Positions 1 to 8,500 of a DNA stretch of 64,000 nucleotides are shown here, piece after piece. The notes beneath the pieces were generated by a model. That model did not search any database and was not told the DNA's origin. It worked only from the letters and a program-made list of their open reading frames with translations. The stretch's first letter is position 1, and each line of letters opens with the position of its first letter. The stretch is from Candidatus Pyrohabitans sp. JdFR-17 (lineage in GTDB: Archaea > Hydrothermarchaeota > Hydrothermarchaeia > Hydrothermarchaeales > BMS3B), in assembly GCA_002011115.2 (NCBI GenBank), contig MTME02000038.1, positions 10,475-74,474 of the forward strand. Direction: 5' to 3'. The position numbers and the translations under genes are program-made.

Positions 1-336
1 CCGATAAAAGTTGGCGGGAGCTATTACTGGCTCTGGCTGGCGGTTGAGCCAGAGCGCAGGAAGATTTTGCTCATGGCTTTGACTCAGGTGAGGAATGCGC
101 TGATAGCGCGCTCCATTCTCAGGGAGCTTAAGCGAAGGTATGGAAGGGTTAGGATTGTAAGCGACTCAGCAAAGTGGTACCCCTGGGCTGCTAAAACCTT
201 AGCGCTGGAGCACGAGGTTATTAGCGGCGGGATCAGAAGCTACGTGGAGCGAATAATAGAGACAATCAAAGATAGAATTAGAGTGTTCGATAAGTACTTC
301 CCGTGCAGGTGCGGTAAGCCAAATGAAGTTTGCTGA
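1..336 (+). CDS. IS6-family-like DDE transposase, C-terminal part (5' end outside window)
   Basis: The frame is open from nt 1 (PIKVGGSYYWLWLAVEPERRKIL...). KWYPWAAKTLALEHE...RSYVERIIETIKDRIRVFDKYFP matches the WY..A...LGL.H...N.IER...lK.R...F..FP pattern of archaeal IS6 transposases as I remember it. Confidence 0.6.
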   Translation, partial: PIKVGGSYYWLWLAVEPERRKILLMALTQVRNALIARSILRELKRRYGRVRIVSDSAKWYPWAAKTLALEHEVISGGIRSYVERIIETIKDRIRVFDKYFPCRCGKPNEVC

Positions 337-393
337 AATATAATACAAAACCTTTTTATCTGCAAAGAGCTACCTCATATGCGAGGGAGGTAG

Positions 394-1683
394 ATGAGAA
401 AGACTCTTCTTCTGGCCTTCATGCTCATTTTGCTCACCCCAGAGATAAGCGCAGGTGAAGCCAGCGCCGTGGTTGTGGTCAGCGACAACCCCTTCGACCT
501 TGCTGTGGCGGAGGTTTTCGGAGAGAAGGTGGGTGCGAAGGTGGTGGTTCTTGCTGATGGAGAGCTCAATGAAACCACGCTTGAGGAGTTAATCCTGCTT
601 AACCCCCAGCGGGTATACATAGTGGGTGGCGCTGAAGCTGTTTCGTGGCGCGTGGAGGTGCTATTTGGAGCAAATGCTGGGGGAGCTGTTGACACCGTGT
701 GGCATCACACCTCTCCTGAAGGCATAGAGGTGCTGAGATTCTTCGGTTCTGACAGGTATAAGACCTCTCAGCTTGTAGCTAAAGAGGGGTGGAGGCACGC
801 GAGTAGGGTCTACCTTGTACACGGCTACGACCTGCTCGGGCTTCAGAAGGTAAAGGCGCTGGCAAAGGAAGAGAAGGCGCCGATTATCTACTACAACCCG
901 TACCATGCCCCGCCCCTGGTAAGGAACTTAGAGGAGGTGATAGAAAGTCTGGGTGCTGATAATGTCACCCTGGTTACAAGCCCACACATCACCAGGGTGA
1001 AGATGGTCTCCGATAGAAACTTGATGAGGTCGGACATTGAAGCGAGCTTTGTGATAAACATCAGCTCAAAATCTCAGGCTGAGGCGGCGATGGAGAGGGC
1101 GGAGAAGGTTCTTAAAAAGACGGAGGCTCTGAGGGAGGAGCTCAGGTGGCTGTACGAAAGCAGGATAACGCCAAAGGGGAGGGAGGTGTATACGGACAAT
1201 CTCACCCTTCAGGAGGTGAGACTGAGGATGATTGAAAGGGAGCCCAGCATACAAGCTTCAAGGGCGGCTCTCAAAAAGGCAGGGGAGGCACTTAACAGCT
1301 CCCTCTACGGCGAGGCCTTTGTGCTCGCCTGCAAAGCCATAACCCATGCCAGAAAACCCGTGGCGTGGATGAAGAGTTTGCGGGAGGAGGACGAGAGGAG
1401 GGGATTTCTTTACGCCGAGGAGGACCTCACAGCTCCGCAGGCGATTCTCAGGCTGATAAAAAGAGCAGGGGCATGGCTTGTGCTTCAGCGGCTGGCGCCG
1501 CCACCGCCGACGGCAGCGCCTGAGTTTAAGGAGGAGTGGGTGCAGAGGATGAGGGAGAAGGAGGAGATGATGAAAGAGCTTCAGAGCTATTTCAGAGAAG
1601 CAAAGACAGCTTTGAGAGAGGGAAATGAAACTTTAGCTAAGGAGCTGGCTGTGAAAGCGCTGAGCAGAGTTTCGCAGGATTAA
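394..1683 (+). CDS. secreted protein with two CWB2-like (cell-wall-binding repeat 2-like) modules and a helical C-terminus
   Basis: Signal-like N-terminus MRKTLLLAFMLILLTPEISAGEA. VVVVSDNPFDLAVAE...RVYIVGGAEAVS resembles the CWB2 ...iiGG..avs pattern. GGAGG lies just upstream of the ATG. Confidence 0.6.
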   Translation: MRKTLLLAFMLILLTPEISAGEASAVVVVSDNPFDLAVAEVFGEKVGAKVVVLADGELNETTLEELILLNPQRVYIVGGAEAVSWRVEVLFGANAGGAVDTVWHHTSPEGIEVLRFFGSDRYKTSQLVAKEGWRHASRVYLVHGYDLLGLQKVKALAKEEKAPIIYYNPYHAPPLVRNLEEVIESLGADNVTLVTSPHITRVKMVSDRNLMRSDIEASFVINISSKSQAEAAMERAEKVLKKTEALREELRWLYESRITPKGREVYTDNLTLQEVRLRMIEREPSIQASRAALKKAGEALNSSLYGEAFVLACKAITHARKPVAWMKSLREEDERRGFLYAEEDLTAPQAILRLIKRAGAWLVLQRLAPPPPTAAPEFKEEWVQRMREKEEMMKELQSYFREAKTALREGNETLAKELAVKALSRVSQD

Positions 1684-1709
1684 AGAGAGATAAATGAGCG
1701 GATGTTAAG

Positions 1710-2621
1710 ATGATTGTGCAGGACATCCGGAACGTAAGGACGATAAAGGCGATAGCAATAACCTTTGGACTTTACGGGTTTTCCAAGGTGACCTACGGCC
1801 TCTCCAACATTGTGGGTCTGCTCACTCATGGGAGCCAGATTCCCAGAGGCATTGGAGGGTTTATAGTCTTTTTCACCCTGTTATTCTTCTTAATCGGATT
1901 CCTCTTCGTGCGAGCAGGAATTGTACTCTGGAAGTCCGGGTCCATCGATATCATTGCCAATCCCGCAGGAGTCGCGCTGGGAGTTCTGGGGGGTTATTTC
2001 ATTTTGGGATCGCTTTTTGAAGCAATATATCTGTCTACATCAGGATACGTTGATTCGATTATTGCAGGTGGGAAAGTGCCTAAATTAATGGCCCTCTCCA
2101 CCTTTCTGAATAACGCGATAAAAGTGGGGATGGGTATAGTTCTCATCCAGATAGCCCGCCATTTTCGGAGAAATAAGCTGGAAGTCGGGTACTTGGCGCT
2201 CCTCGTCATCCTTATGGGATTAACGATTTTGAACCCATTATGGCTATTCACTACGTTAATATCTATGACTGAGATAAATCTCCCCAGCATCTCTTTCAAA
2301 ACGTTGACCGGCTTAGTATTGATTGTTTTAGGGATAAAGCTGTGGCGTTCTGGGACCACCGCTGAAGGGGGAATTCACCTGCCTATAATCGTTGCGGCAG
2401 CGGGCATTTGGACAATTAAAAATGCCTCTTTCATCTTCTGGCTGAACCTTGTGCATCAGCCGTCTGCGATGCTCAAACTCGCAGAAGCTACCAGTATAGA
2501 CTCTTGGGCGGATATTGCCATGGTAACACTTATTTCAGTCCTCAAGGTTCTCTTCGGCTTTGCGCTTTTGTTCCTAGCTTACAGATTTTACCGGTATGAG
2601 GTCCGTCCTGGAAGCTTATAA
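1710..2621 (+). CDS. polytopic membrane protein, unknown function
   Basis: 303-aa ORF with multiple long hydrophobic segments. Co-directional with and closely spaced to its neighbours. Confidence 0.55.
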   Translation: MIVQDIRNVRTIKAIAITFGLYGFSKVTYGLSNIVGLLTHGSQIPRGIGGFIVFFTLLFFLIGFLFVRAGIVLWKSGSIDIIANPAGVALGVLGGYFILGSLFEAIYLSTSGYVDSIIAGGKVPKLMALSTFLNNAIKVGMGIVLIQIARHFRRNKLEVGYLALLVILMGLTILNPLWLFTTLISMTEINLPSISFKTLTGLVLIVLGIKLWRSGTTAEGGIHLPIIVAAAGIWTIKNASFIFWLNLVHQPSAMLKLAEATSIDSWADIAMVTLISVLKVLFGFALLFLAYRFYRYEVRPGSL

Positions 2622-2707
2622 CATTTTCGTCAGGTTTAAATGCATTGCAGTGTAAGAAGTAAAAAGAGGCTATTGCACAGACAGGCACCTCTGCCGGAGG
2701 GAGCAAA

Positions 2708-3781
2708 GTGAGAGTTTACTGGAGATGCGTATTTCTCTTCATTTTCTTCACCAGCGCCTTTTTGCTGGTTGTAGGTCAATCTTCAGCCTGCTTTAATCCC
2801 ACCGACAGCTTCGCCTTTGAGGTTCTGCTCAATAAGCCTGGTATAAAATTTGACCTATCCCCCTTCAAAAACGCAGAAAATGTCAGAGCTGGCGGAGATT
2901 TGGGCAGGGCCGGAGCAACTCAGGTAGTGCAATACAGGTCCCACTATAATCCACACGTTGCAGTCGTGCTCTTCGCCGACTCAACCCCCGAAAAAGACAG
3001 GCAGTTTCTGAGCGTAAAAATTCAGGTGCCCACAAAAATCGTTAATATAACCTACCCTGAAACAACAATAAGAATAGAAACCACCAGGAGCCTGAGCTTT
3101 AACCGCAGCTTTATCCGCTCTCTGGGTTACGAGTACATTGGGGTGCTGGAAGAGGGCAGGCTGAAGGTGGAGGCAAAAAGGGACAGCATTTCCATTGCCA
3201 TATGGAGCATTAAGGTGGATGAAAATAAAACACGGAGCGGAGTTCACATCAGGGTTTTAAATGAGACACTAACGCCGGAGCGGGAGCAGGAGTTCAGATT
3301 GATTCTGCATTCCTTGGGAATAGCGGAGCTCTGGGAAAGCGCCACCATAGCAACACGAAACAGAACAGACGCTGACCTGGAGCCAGTGGTGGAATTTACC
3401 GACAGAGATTTCGGGGCGGCGATGAAGGCAGAGCTGAAATGGCTGAAAGAGAATGGGATAGTTTCCGGGATAACGGACTCGGATATACAGGAAATCTCAG
3501 AGCAGGGAAGAGCCGGCCTCGCGGGACGCAACTCTAGGATAGTCTTTTATGATGGAAAGTGGGTGCCTTACCATAAAACCGGAGGAACGCTGATAAAGGG
3601 AGCTCCTGACTGCTCAGGATTTCCCGAAGAGGCGCTGCCTGAAGGACAGGTGAATTTGGGTAACAAAGCAGGAACAGCAGGCGCTGTAAATTATGTGAAT
3701 CTTTTTTTAATTTTTCTAATATTCGGAGCAATTTTGCTGATAATCAAACTGAGGGTCAGAGGAAATAAGCGGGAGCGGTAG
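2708..3781 (+). CDS. secreted protein with C-terminal membrane anchor, unknown function
   Basis: GTG start. N-terminal hydrophobic signal (VFLFIFFTSAFLLVVGQSSA). C-terminal TM plus basic tail (LFLIFLIFGAILLIIKLRVRGNKRER). Confidence 0.55.
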   Translation: MRVYWRCVFLFIFFTSAFLLVVGQSSACFNPTDSFAFEVLLNKPGIKFDLSPFKNAENVRAGGDLGRAGATQVVQYRSHYNPHVAVVLFADSTPEKDRQFLSVKIQVPTKIVNITYPETTIRIETTRSLSFNRSFIRSLGYEYIGVLEEGRLKVEAKRDSISIAIWSIKVDENKTRSGVHIRVLNETLTPEREQEFRLILHSLGIAELWESATIATRNRTDADLEPVVEFTDRDFGAAMKAELKWLKENGIVSGITDSDIQEISEQGRAGLAGRNSRIVFYDGKWVPYHKTGGTLIKGAPDCSGFPEEALPEGQVNLGNKAGTAGAVNYVNLFLIFLIFGAILLIIKLRVRGNKRER

Positions 3782-3783
3782 AG

Positions 3784-4005
3784 ATGATGAGATATCTGAA
3801 CATCGCTGCGGTTATGTTTTTTCTGCTTTTAGAATTTGTAGCACCAGCTTCAGGCACCCAGTCCCCAATTCCGGCTCTTACCGAGGGTGATAAAATCAAG
3901 GCAAAGGAAATCGCGCTCAATGACCCAACGGTTCAGGAAATTACCTCCCATTCAGCACCACAAATAGCCCAACCAGCGCAGTGCTCAGCTCCACGATGCC
4001 GGTGA
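3784..4005 (+). CDS. small putative secreted protein
   Basis: Starts 2 nt after the previous stop. Signal-like AAVMFFLLLEFVAPASG. Short, with no recognisable domain. Confidence 0.3.
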   Translation: MMRYLNIAAVMFFLLLEFVAPASGTQSPIPALTEGDKIKAKEIALNDPTVQEITSHSAPQIAQPAQCSAPRCR

Positions 4006-4074
4006 AGTTCGCCGAAAATACCCCCTGACGTTAAATAGCTATATGCATATATCGATATAAAAATATGTTGCGGG

Positions 4075-4284
4075 GTGGTGTACCTGCCGGAATCAACTAC
4101 AATAATGGTAAAGGAGGACGTGCTGCAGGCGCTCAGGAGGCTGAGGAAAGAGCTCGGCGCTGAGTCCTACGATGAAGTGCTCAGGATTATAATCAGACGC
4201 TTTAAGAGCCTTGATAGGTCGCACTTCGGCACTCTGCCGGAGCTCAAGCCCTTCAAGAGGGAGGAAATTGACCGTTTTGATTGA
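4075..4284 (+). CDS. vapB: VapB-like antitoxin
   Basis: About 60-70 aa ORF whose stop overlaps the start of a PIN-domain gene. TATA-like atataaaaatat lies upstream. The start is ambiguous (GTG 4075 or ATG 4105). Confidence 0.6.
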   Translation: MVYLPESTTIMVKEDVLQALRRLRKELGAESYDEVLRIIIRRFKSLDRSHFGTLPELKPFKREEIDRFD

Positions 4285-4651
4285 CTCCTGGGCGTGGGTT
4301 GAGTACTTCAGGGGCTCTGAGGCCGGGGAAAGAGCAAGGGAGTTCATAGAGGGGGAAGAGGAAGCGGTGGTGAGCACAATTAACCTGGCAGAGGTGTACA
4401 GATGGATTCTGAGGTTTTATCCGGATGAGGTGGCGGAGGAGAAGGTTAGAGCCATGAAGCAGAGGTGCATGGTACTTGAGGTCACCGAGGGGATTGCTAT
4501 AGAGAGCGCAAAGCTGAAGCACAGGCTGAGGCTCAGGCTGGGAGACGCGATAATCCTGGCAACCGCAAGAGCGACAAAGGCGAGGATAGTTACGGGCGAC
4601 CCGGATTTCGGGGATATAGAGGATGTGGTGTTCATAGGCGTGGAGGACTAG
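4268..4651 (+). CDS. vapC: PIN-domain ribonuclease toxin VapC
   Basis: (M)TVLIDSWAWVEY...TINLAEV...LGDAIILATA...IVTGDPDF fits the PIN acidic-residue pattern. I chose the TTG at 4268, which overlaps the end of vapB, rather than the track ATG at 4211. Confidence 0.8.
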   Translation: MTVLIDSWAWVEYFRGSEAGERAREFIEGEEEAVVSTINLAEVYRWILRFYPDEVAEEKVRAMKQRCMVLEVTEGIAIESAKLKHRLRLRLGDAIILATARATKARIVTGDPDFGDIEDVVFIGVED

Positions 4652-4667
4652 CTCATTTCAGAAGATT

Positions 4668-4766
4668 TTAAAATATAACCCTGGCATAATTCATCGCCTC
4701 TGCAAGCGAGTAAACCTCGCCGTCGCTCAAGCCATCGTTGTCGGTATCTGCGTAGTTCAAACCTGC
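4668..4766 (-). pseudogene. orphan relic of a TSP3-repeat coding segment (no start codon)
   Basis: Reads AGLNYADTDNDGLSDGEVYSLAEAMNYARVIF-stop and is preceded by an in-frame TAA. Nt 4715-4737 are identical to 6440-6462 inside the toxin gene, which there encodes DGLSDGE. Confidence 0.45.
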
Positions 4767-4818
4767 TTACTCGATAGAGAGTTCCCACCCACAAGGGTGC
4801 AACATCTCTATCCATTTT

Positions 4819-5511
4819 CTACTTAATACCAAGGTGTGTTTCAACTTCTTTTTTCTTTTTATCTACTTCATTGATATTCATTGGATTAGGTGCGAGAACC
4901 AGCAATATTCCACCATCACCGAGCTCCTCTATTTTCCAGGCTGGAGCAGAGAGGAGCTTTTCTCTGCCAATTTTTTGAACAAACACACGAGAGAAAAAGT
5001 TTGCCCAACAGAGATGTCTAATATTTCCTGAGAGGATTTCATCTTCGGATGGGATCTCTCTCCAACCAATCCCATATTCCCCAAATCCATAAATTGGACT
5101 AAGATACTCGTACAATTTTCTACCCAATTTGAGTATAATTTCAATGTTTGTTTCCGCTTTTTGATTCCAGTCTGGGATATCTCTAAGATAAACTCTATTG
5201 AAAGTTAGACTAATAATACCCAATTTTTCATCATTTGTTGGTTTTGGACGTATTCCGAGGGTAAAACACATTTTCCCATGCCATAAATTGATGGCTCCCC
5301 CACCATCTATAGAAATTGTATGGATCGCTTCAGATAATGGACGCTCCCAAAACCAATCACCCTTTTTATCTGACCAATATCCACTCTTAAAATAATCCCC
5401 TGGCTCGTAAACACATCCTGCTTTCAATAATACATCTAATACTCCTTTAATAAACCTTTGATTGCAATCTATCGACTTAATATAAAAAAATATATCACAG
5501 TTATCCGACAT
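4819..5511 (-). CDS. candidate immunity protein for the upstream toxin tip
   Basis: The ATG overlaps the toxin stop (TAATG). AT-rich like the toxin tip. The C-terminal WANFFSRVFVQKIGREKLLSAPAWKIEELGDGGILLVLAPNP is reminiscent of some bacterial immunity-protein families (from memory, not searched). Confidence 0.65.
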   Translation of the reverse strand: MSDNCDIFFYIKSIDCNQRFIKGVLDVLLKAGCVYEPGDYFKSGYWSDKKGDWFWERPLSEAIHTISIDGGGAINLWHGKMCFTLGIRPKPTNDEKLGIISLTFNRVYLRDIPDWNQKAETNIEIILKLGRKLYEYLSPIYGFGEYGIGWREIPSEDEILSGNIRHLCWANFFSRVFVQKIGREKLLSAPAWKIEELGDGGILLVLAPNPMNINEVDKKKKEVETHLGIK

Positions 5512-8500
5512 TACTGGATCACCTCTACAATAACACCTTTTTCATATTCTAACCATGTCTTAATATCAGGGTCTACTTTTCCTTTAAATATAATAATTTT
5601 TTTAGCAGTTGGGTCATAAGCGTTAAATCTCTTAATTTTGTTGCCTAAATCACTCTTTAACATATTATAAGCATCAGAACCTGGTGTGACTCTAGTCCAA
5701 TCTATATTCTTTGCTTCAATTATTGTTCCATCCTTGAGTAGAACATCAATATCTGTTGATCCTTCAGGTGTAATTATATATTTCCCAAGCCATTCAATAT
5801 TATTAGCATCTTTTGTAACAGCCACTTCAGCCTCGAATATCGCCCCTTTATCCCCTGTTTCAATTCTGTGCACCAATTCTTCATAACCTTTAATTCCTTT
5901 CAGTTCACTTAAAATCTCATCTAAGTATCTTGTGGATTTTGTCGGAAATCTCTTAAGGACAAATTCAATAACACTGGATATCTTATTTTTAAATGCTTTA
6001 GCAAACTTTCCGACTTTAACCACTGTCGATTCGGCATCTCCTATCAAAGGTACTAAACCAACCGCAGTCAGAGCAAAATCCAACTCATCTCCTCTTATAA
6101 CAGTGCTGGGTAAGTCTCTCAAATCTCCAATAACGAGGTAGCCGCTTAATATCCAGCCACTCAAGTATGCAAGATTTCCATGAGTTGGGTCGTCGAGTCC
6201 AAAATCACCTAGTACAAATCCCCAGAATGCTTCCTCAATCCATCCAGGTTCAGGTTTGAATGGATTAGTACCCTGTTCTAACTCCAATTTGTCATTAAAT
6301 CCATCGCCATCGGTATCCGCCTTTCTGGGGTCGGAGTTGTACTCGTAGTGGTAGCCGTCGTAGGGTGGCCAGCCGTACTTCCAGCGCAAGCTGTTGTACA
6401 GAAGCTTGTTCCAGTAGTCGTAGACCACGCTGCCCATCTCCTCGCCGTCGCTCAAGCCATCGCCGTCTGTGTCGGCGTTGAACGGGTCTGTGGTGACGTA
6501 GGCGTGCGGAAACGCTAAGCGCATGCCGTGGATCTCCTCATAGTCCGTTAGGCCATCGCCGTCGCTGTCCAGGTACCTAGAGAAGTCCCTGCAGGCGTTG
6601 TTGTTGCCCTCATCCAGCTCCGCTATTAAATTAGCCGGGTCCACCTTCACGTATATCCTCTCAACTCCTGCCTCAACCACCCACTCTATCGATGCGACCG
6701 CAGAGCTCCCTGCGGCGATGCTGGCTATGCTGGTGCTGCCTATTAGCTCTGAATCAGCGTAGAAGCTAACCTCAACGTTGGAAGCGGCGCCCTTGCCGAG
6801 GTTGTGGACCCTCGCCTTAATCCTCATCTTCTCCCCTGGCTTAAGCACCAGCTCCGGCTTCTCCCAGTCCACGTACCACTGGCTGAACCACTTGCTGGGC
6901 GATGCGACGCTGAAGGTGGAGAGGTGGGTTACATTGCCCCAGACGTAGTGCTCCTGCTCGTTCACCCCCTGAACCTCCACTAAGCGAAGGCTGTTGTCGC
7001 TCTCGTTGTAGTAGAACATCCGGAGCTCAGAGACGTTTTCCACCTGAGCGGGGTCGTAGTATATCTTTATGTACGCCGACTCAACCCTGGAGGCGGTGGA
7101 TACCTCAACCACCTTTACCACGCCGCTGAGCTGGGAAAGCAAAACACTGGCGTTTTCGGCTTCTGCTATAACAATGCTCTTGCTGGCGTCACCCACCGCA
7201 GTTATTGTTGCCTCAACTCCAGCGGAAGCGTTGACGAAGCTTTGGGTGAAAGTCTCGTTGCCGTCGGCTAAGCCATCGCCATCGCTGTCGCTGACAAGCG
7301 GGTTGGTGCCCAGCCTGAGCTCGCTGTCATCGCTAAGGCCGTCGCCGTCGGTGTCATCGCTGAGCGGATTCGTGCCGATGCTCACCTCGTAGCCATCGCT
7401 AAGCGTATCGCCGTCGGTGTCATTGCCTAGCGGGTCAGTGCCCAGAGACTGCTCCTGCAGGTTGCTCAGGGCGTCTTCGTCCAAATCTTCCTCCGCATCA
7501 CTCAAGCCATCGCCGTCGGTGTCGGCAGAGGTGGGGCTTGTACTTGTGCTGAACACCTCAAAGGAGTCGGTTAAGCCATCGGCATCGGTATCGCCCGAGA
7601 AGGGATTCGTGCCGAGCCTGAACTCCTGCAGGTTGTTCAGAGCGTCGCCATCAAAGTCTTCCTCGTCGTCGGGTATGCCGTTTCCTGCCTCGCTTTCTGG
7701 CGTTAGAGAGGAGTCGGAGTCGGCGTTTAACGGGTCAGTGGCAGTCACGTTTACCTCGTACCAGTCAGGCAGATTATCGCTGTCCACCAGCAAAGTTTTC
7801 TCCCACTCCGCAGAGTTGCCTGCCAGGTCAGTGGCTATGACAACAAAGCGGTTAACACCAAGGGAGATGCTGGCCGTGTATACTGCGGAGCCGTTTTCAA
7901 GTGCAACGGGCTCGCCATTCACCGTTACGCTGGCATTTTCGTTGACAGAAATTAAAAGCGGATACTCGGGGTTGTCTATCGTGGGATAGAGGTTCAACTC
8001 GGTTATGTGCAGCTCGGGTGGTGTGTTGTCGATGGTTACGCTTGCTGAAGCGTTTGCCACATTCCCGGCCTTGTCCACAGCCACGAGTTCGATGACATAT
8101 GCGCCGTCCTCGTATGCGGAGGTGTTCCAGGTGAAGCTGGTCTCATTCTCGGCAACAACTGTGCCGTTGATCAGGAGAATGAATCTGTCGAGGAAGAGGT
8201 CTTCTGCCTTTGCTGTGATGTTTACAATTCCCCTCAGAATGGCGCCGTCGAGTGGGAAAATTATCTCCGCGCTGGGCGGGGTGTTGTCCACGGTAACCGT
8301 AATCTCCGTGGATGCGGCGTTTCCTGCTTTATCCAGAGCGGTGAGGCGCAGGGTGTGGTTCCCATCCCTGTAGGCGGAGGTATTCCAGAGGTATGGCAGG
8401 GCGGTGCTCACGTTAACGCCGTCTATGGTGAGGGTGATTGAGTGCAGGTTGGCGTCCCTAACGAAGCCGTCAACCTCCACAAGGCGCCGCACAAAGGCTC

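Noticed and set aside
4211-4267. The track ATG at 4211 as the vapC start.
   Set aside because: It would overlap vapB by 74 nt and add a non-PIN, Arg/Ser-rich N-terminus. The TTG at 4268, which gives (M)TVLIDS..., fits the usual vapBC overlap.
6290-7760. Periodic gccatcgccgtcg-type DNA repeats, considered as a satellite or tandem repeat.
   Set aside because: They are the coding image of the DxDxDG (TSP3-like) protein repeats and are imperfect at the DNA level. They are described as part of the CDS.
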